64,000 nt of DNA from the NCBI GenBank assembly GCA_000320545.1, contig ADNK01000090.1:28692-92691 (forward strand), read 5' to 3'. Below the pieces are notes generated by a model. It was not told the origin of the DNA, made no database searches, and saw nothing but the letters and a program-made list of their open reading frames with translations. This document shows, one piece after another, positions 62,262 to 64,000 of this stretch (positions are counted from its first letter, which is position 1; every line of letters starts with the position of its first letter). This stretch comes from Bigelowiella natans CCMP2755. Lineage: Eukaryota; Protista; Cercozoa. Made by a program: the position numbers and the translations under genes.

Positions 62262-64000
62262 CCGTCTCTCGATCTCACAACATACGGCGTATCTGCTTAT
62301 TATGCACAGACACAACAACACCAACGCCGAAACCAACTCTCGCACCTTCGAAGAAAGAGCTTCCCTCACCGAAACCGACTCTAGCGCCTTCGAAGGAAGC
62401 GGCAGCTGCGTTGTTCCCGACTGCTCAGCCTTCGATATGGCCGACGTACGGGTAATAAATGAATAACACGGCACACGGGGGGTTGGCGCGAGAGACGCCG
62501 GCCGAGCGCGCCACCAAAAAACATCGACGGTTTTGTCTCCGCATCTTGCTCGATATAACCCCAATATTCTCCACCCCGGAGAGGGTGGTTTTTTATGGGA
62601 ACGTGCCGGGCTATTGCTTTCTTTCTAATGCCGGTGCAGATGACTGACTGACTCACTGACTCACTGACTGACTGACTGACGGCGGTTGTTGCTTTGTATT
62701 GTATCATGCGCTGGATCCACGCAGGCCTGCGATGGCTACGAATTGGCCGACAGCCAGCGTCAGTGAAAAGGTACACGACGCGTCAGTTCATGCCGCATAC
62801 ACATACAAATGTTTTCCGCTCTGCAGGAGAACATAGCCTGTTGATCCCCCCTCCCCTCCCCCCAGCTCCTCCTCCTCCTCTTCCTCCTCCTCCTCCTCCT
62901 TCGTCTCCCTTAATCTCCTAGTCATTCGAGTGTTTGCTAGCCTGACATCGTTCTTGCCCGCATGATGAAAGATCCCCCCTGTGACGACGCCAAACGATGA
63001 GCGATACGGGAAGGAGGACGCAAAGCTCATACGTCATCAGAATAGGTGCAGGCGCAAGCTATAACACAAGCCGAGCTGTGTTCACCCCTTTCCCGCTACT
63101 TCGCGCTTTCCACACCCATCACTCACTAGCTGCGTGTGTGCGCTGAATACATCCTACGCATCCTATCAGGATTAAGTTTTGGGAGTCGATGAGAAAGCAC
63201 CTGGCAGACGAGGCCGCATACAAGCAAAGGTAGGGACGAGGCGGCCACGAGCGCGCCGCGCGCCATCGTCGTCGTTTGATATGACTGCATAAGCATTAGT
63301 GATCTGACGGATGGCTGATGATAGCTGATGATGATATTTGCCCACACAGCAGCAGGCAGCCGTTGTATAGTCGTCGCATAGATAACTAACTCCACGCAAC
63401 CGTTGATCTTGTTCTTCCAGCAACTTCCTCAGATGGGGGAAGGGCTTTGATATGCTTAACACCTGGGAGAGTGAGCGAAATCAGACATGCACAGCTGTCC
63501 ACAAGGCTATGGTCGCGATTCATAATCCACCCCCCCCCCCCCCCCCCCCAAACCTCTTGCAATGTGATATGTGTGGCAGCATCCAGCTCTTTCCGCTTCT
63601 CCGTCGCTGCTTTCTCCCCTCTCCTCTCTCCCCACGAGCGCAGCCGACACTTGAAAACGCGCGCGCACACACACAAATCACCAAACACACACACAACACA
63701 CACATTTCACAAAACACACACCACCATTTAGGCGAATCATTTTCCGCCCGTCTACGTGTTTCCAGGGCAGCAGCCCCTTGAGCGAGGAAGCCCTACCAGG
63801 GGGCTGCCATTCAATCCTGAACTTCTGCGGTAATACGTTGAGGAGACTCTGATTGTTGCCCCCCCCCCCCCCCCTCCTGTGTCGATCGAAAACAACACGA
63901 CGCAACGAAATAGAGAGGTGCTCGTCAGTGCAAGAGATTCGCCTGGAGGCGCCGAGCCATGCCACGCGACGTGAAGCTACTGACGGCCTTGTCTTGTTGC
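58971..64000 (+). CDS. N-terminal PB1-domain protein; downstream exons hypothetical, may be more than one gene, runs off the window
   Basis: Short in-phase exons give MLKGRFRVNYG|GRVKKVKVDFE|GEGLLDRFQEYLAEKFRIR|GKAIHLEYE|DSSGELILIDHDDELK|EALAEM, which fits the PB1 fold with an OPCA-like acidic motif (Y.D.EGD.I.I..D.DL). The extension beyond ~60000 is tentative. Confidence 0.55.
60923..61104 (+). repeat. Near-identical ~182-bp direct duplication, copy 1 (copy 2 at 63820-64000)
   Basis: Identical except around the poly-C tract; spans an exon end, a whole GT-AG intron and the next exon. Confidence 0.95.
63820..64000 (+). repeat. Near-identical direct duplication, copy 2 (truncated by window end)
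   Basis: See copy 1. Confidence 0.95.

Overview
Gene-dense, intron-rich eukaryotic nuclear DNA. Introns are typically 60-400 nt and often carry (CA)n, (TA)n or (GA)n microsatellites or C/G runs, so most six-frame ORFs are shadows of repeats rather than genes. Two genes start with a signal peptide followed by an Arg/Ser-rich transit-like leader, several resemble plant plastid proteins, and an actin-regulatory gene is present. This suggests a chlorarachniophyte-like amoeboid alga (inference only). Gene models were assembled by hand from GT-AG boundaries and conserved motifs. In order: alpha/beta hydrolase (+), saccharopine-dehydrogenase-like oxidoreductase (+), a ~2,500-aa secreted M28-peptidase-like protein with a long PKPY-repeat tail (+), FAM20C-like kinase (-), intronless vWA protein (-), SAM + papain-like (PPPDE/LRAT-type) protein (+), Rho GTPase-coactosin fusion (-), class I/II aminotransferase (+), membrane protein fused to a PHB-depolymerase domain (-), 2OG-Fe(II) oxygenase (+), mitochondrial carrier (-), TauE/SafE transporter (+), ARL2 (-), and a PB1-domain protein (+). 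No rRNA, tRNA, CRISPR array or intact transposase was recognised. The most unusual items are the Rho-coactosin fusion, the membrane-anchored PHB depolymerase, the apparently inactive M28 repeat protein next to a secretory-type kinase, and the intron-poor vWA / SAM-papain divergent pair. Three genes each need one extra base to restore a conserved motif, which may be assembly error.
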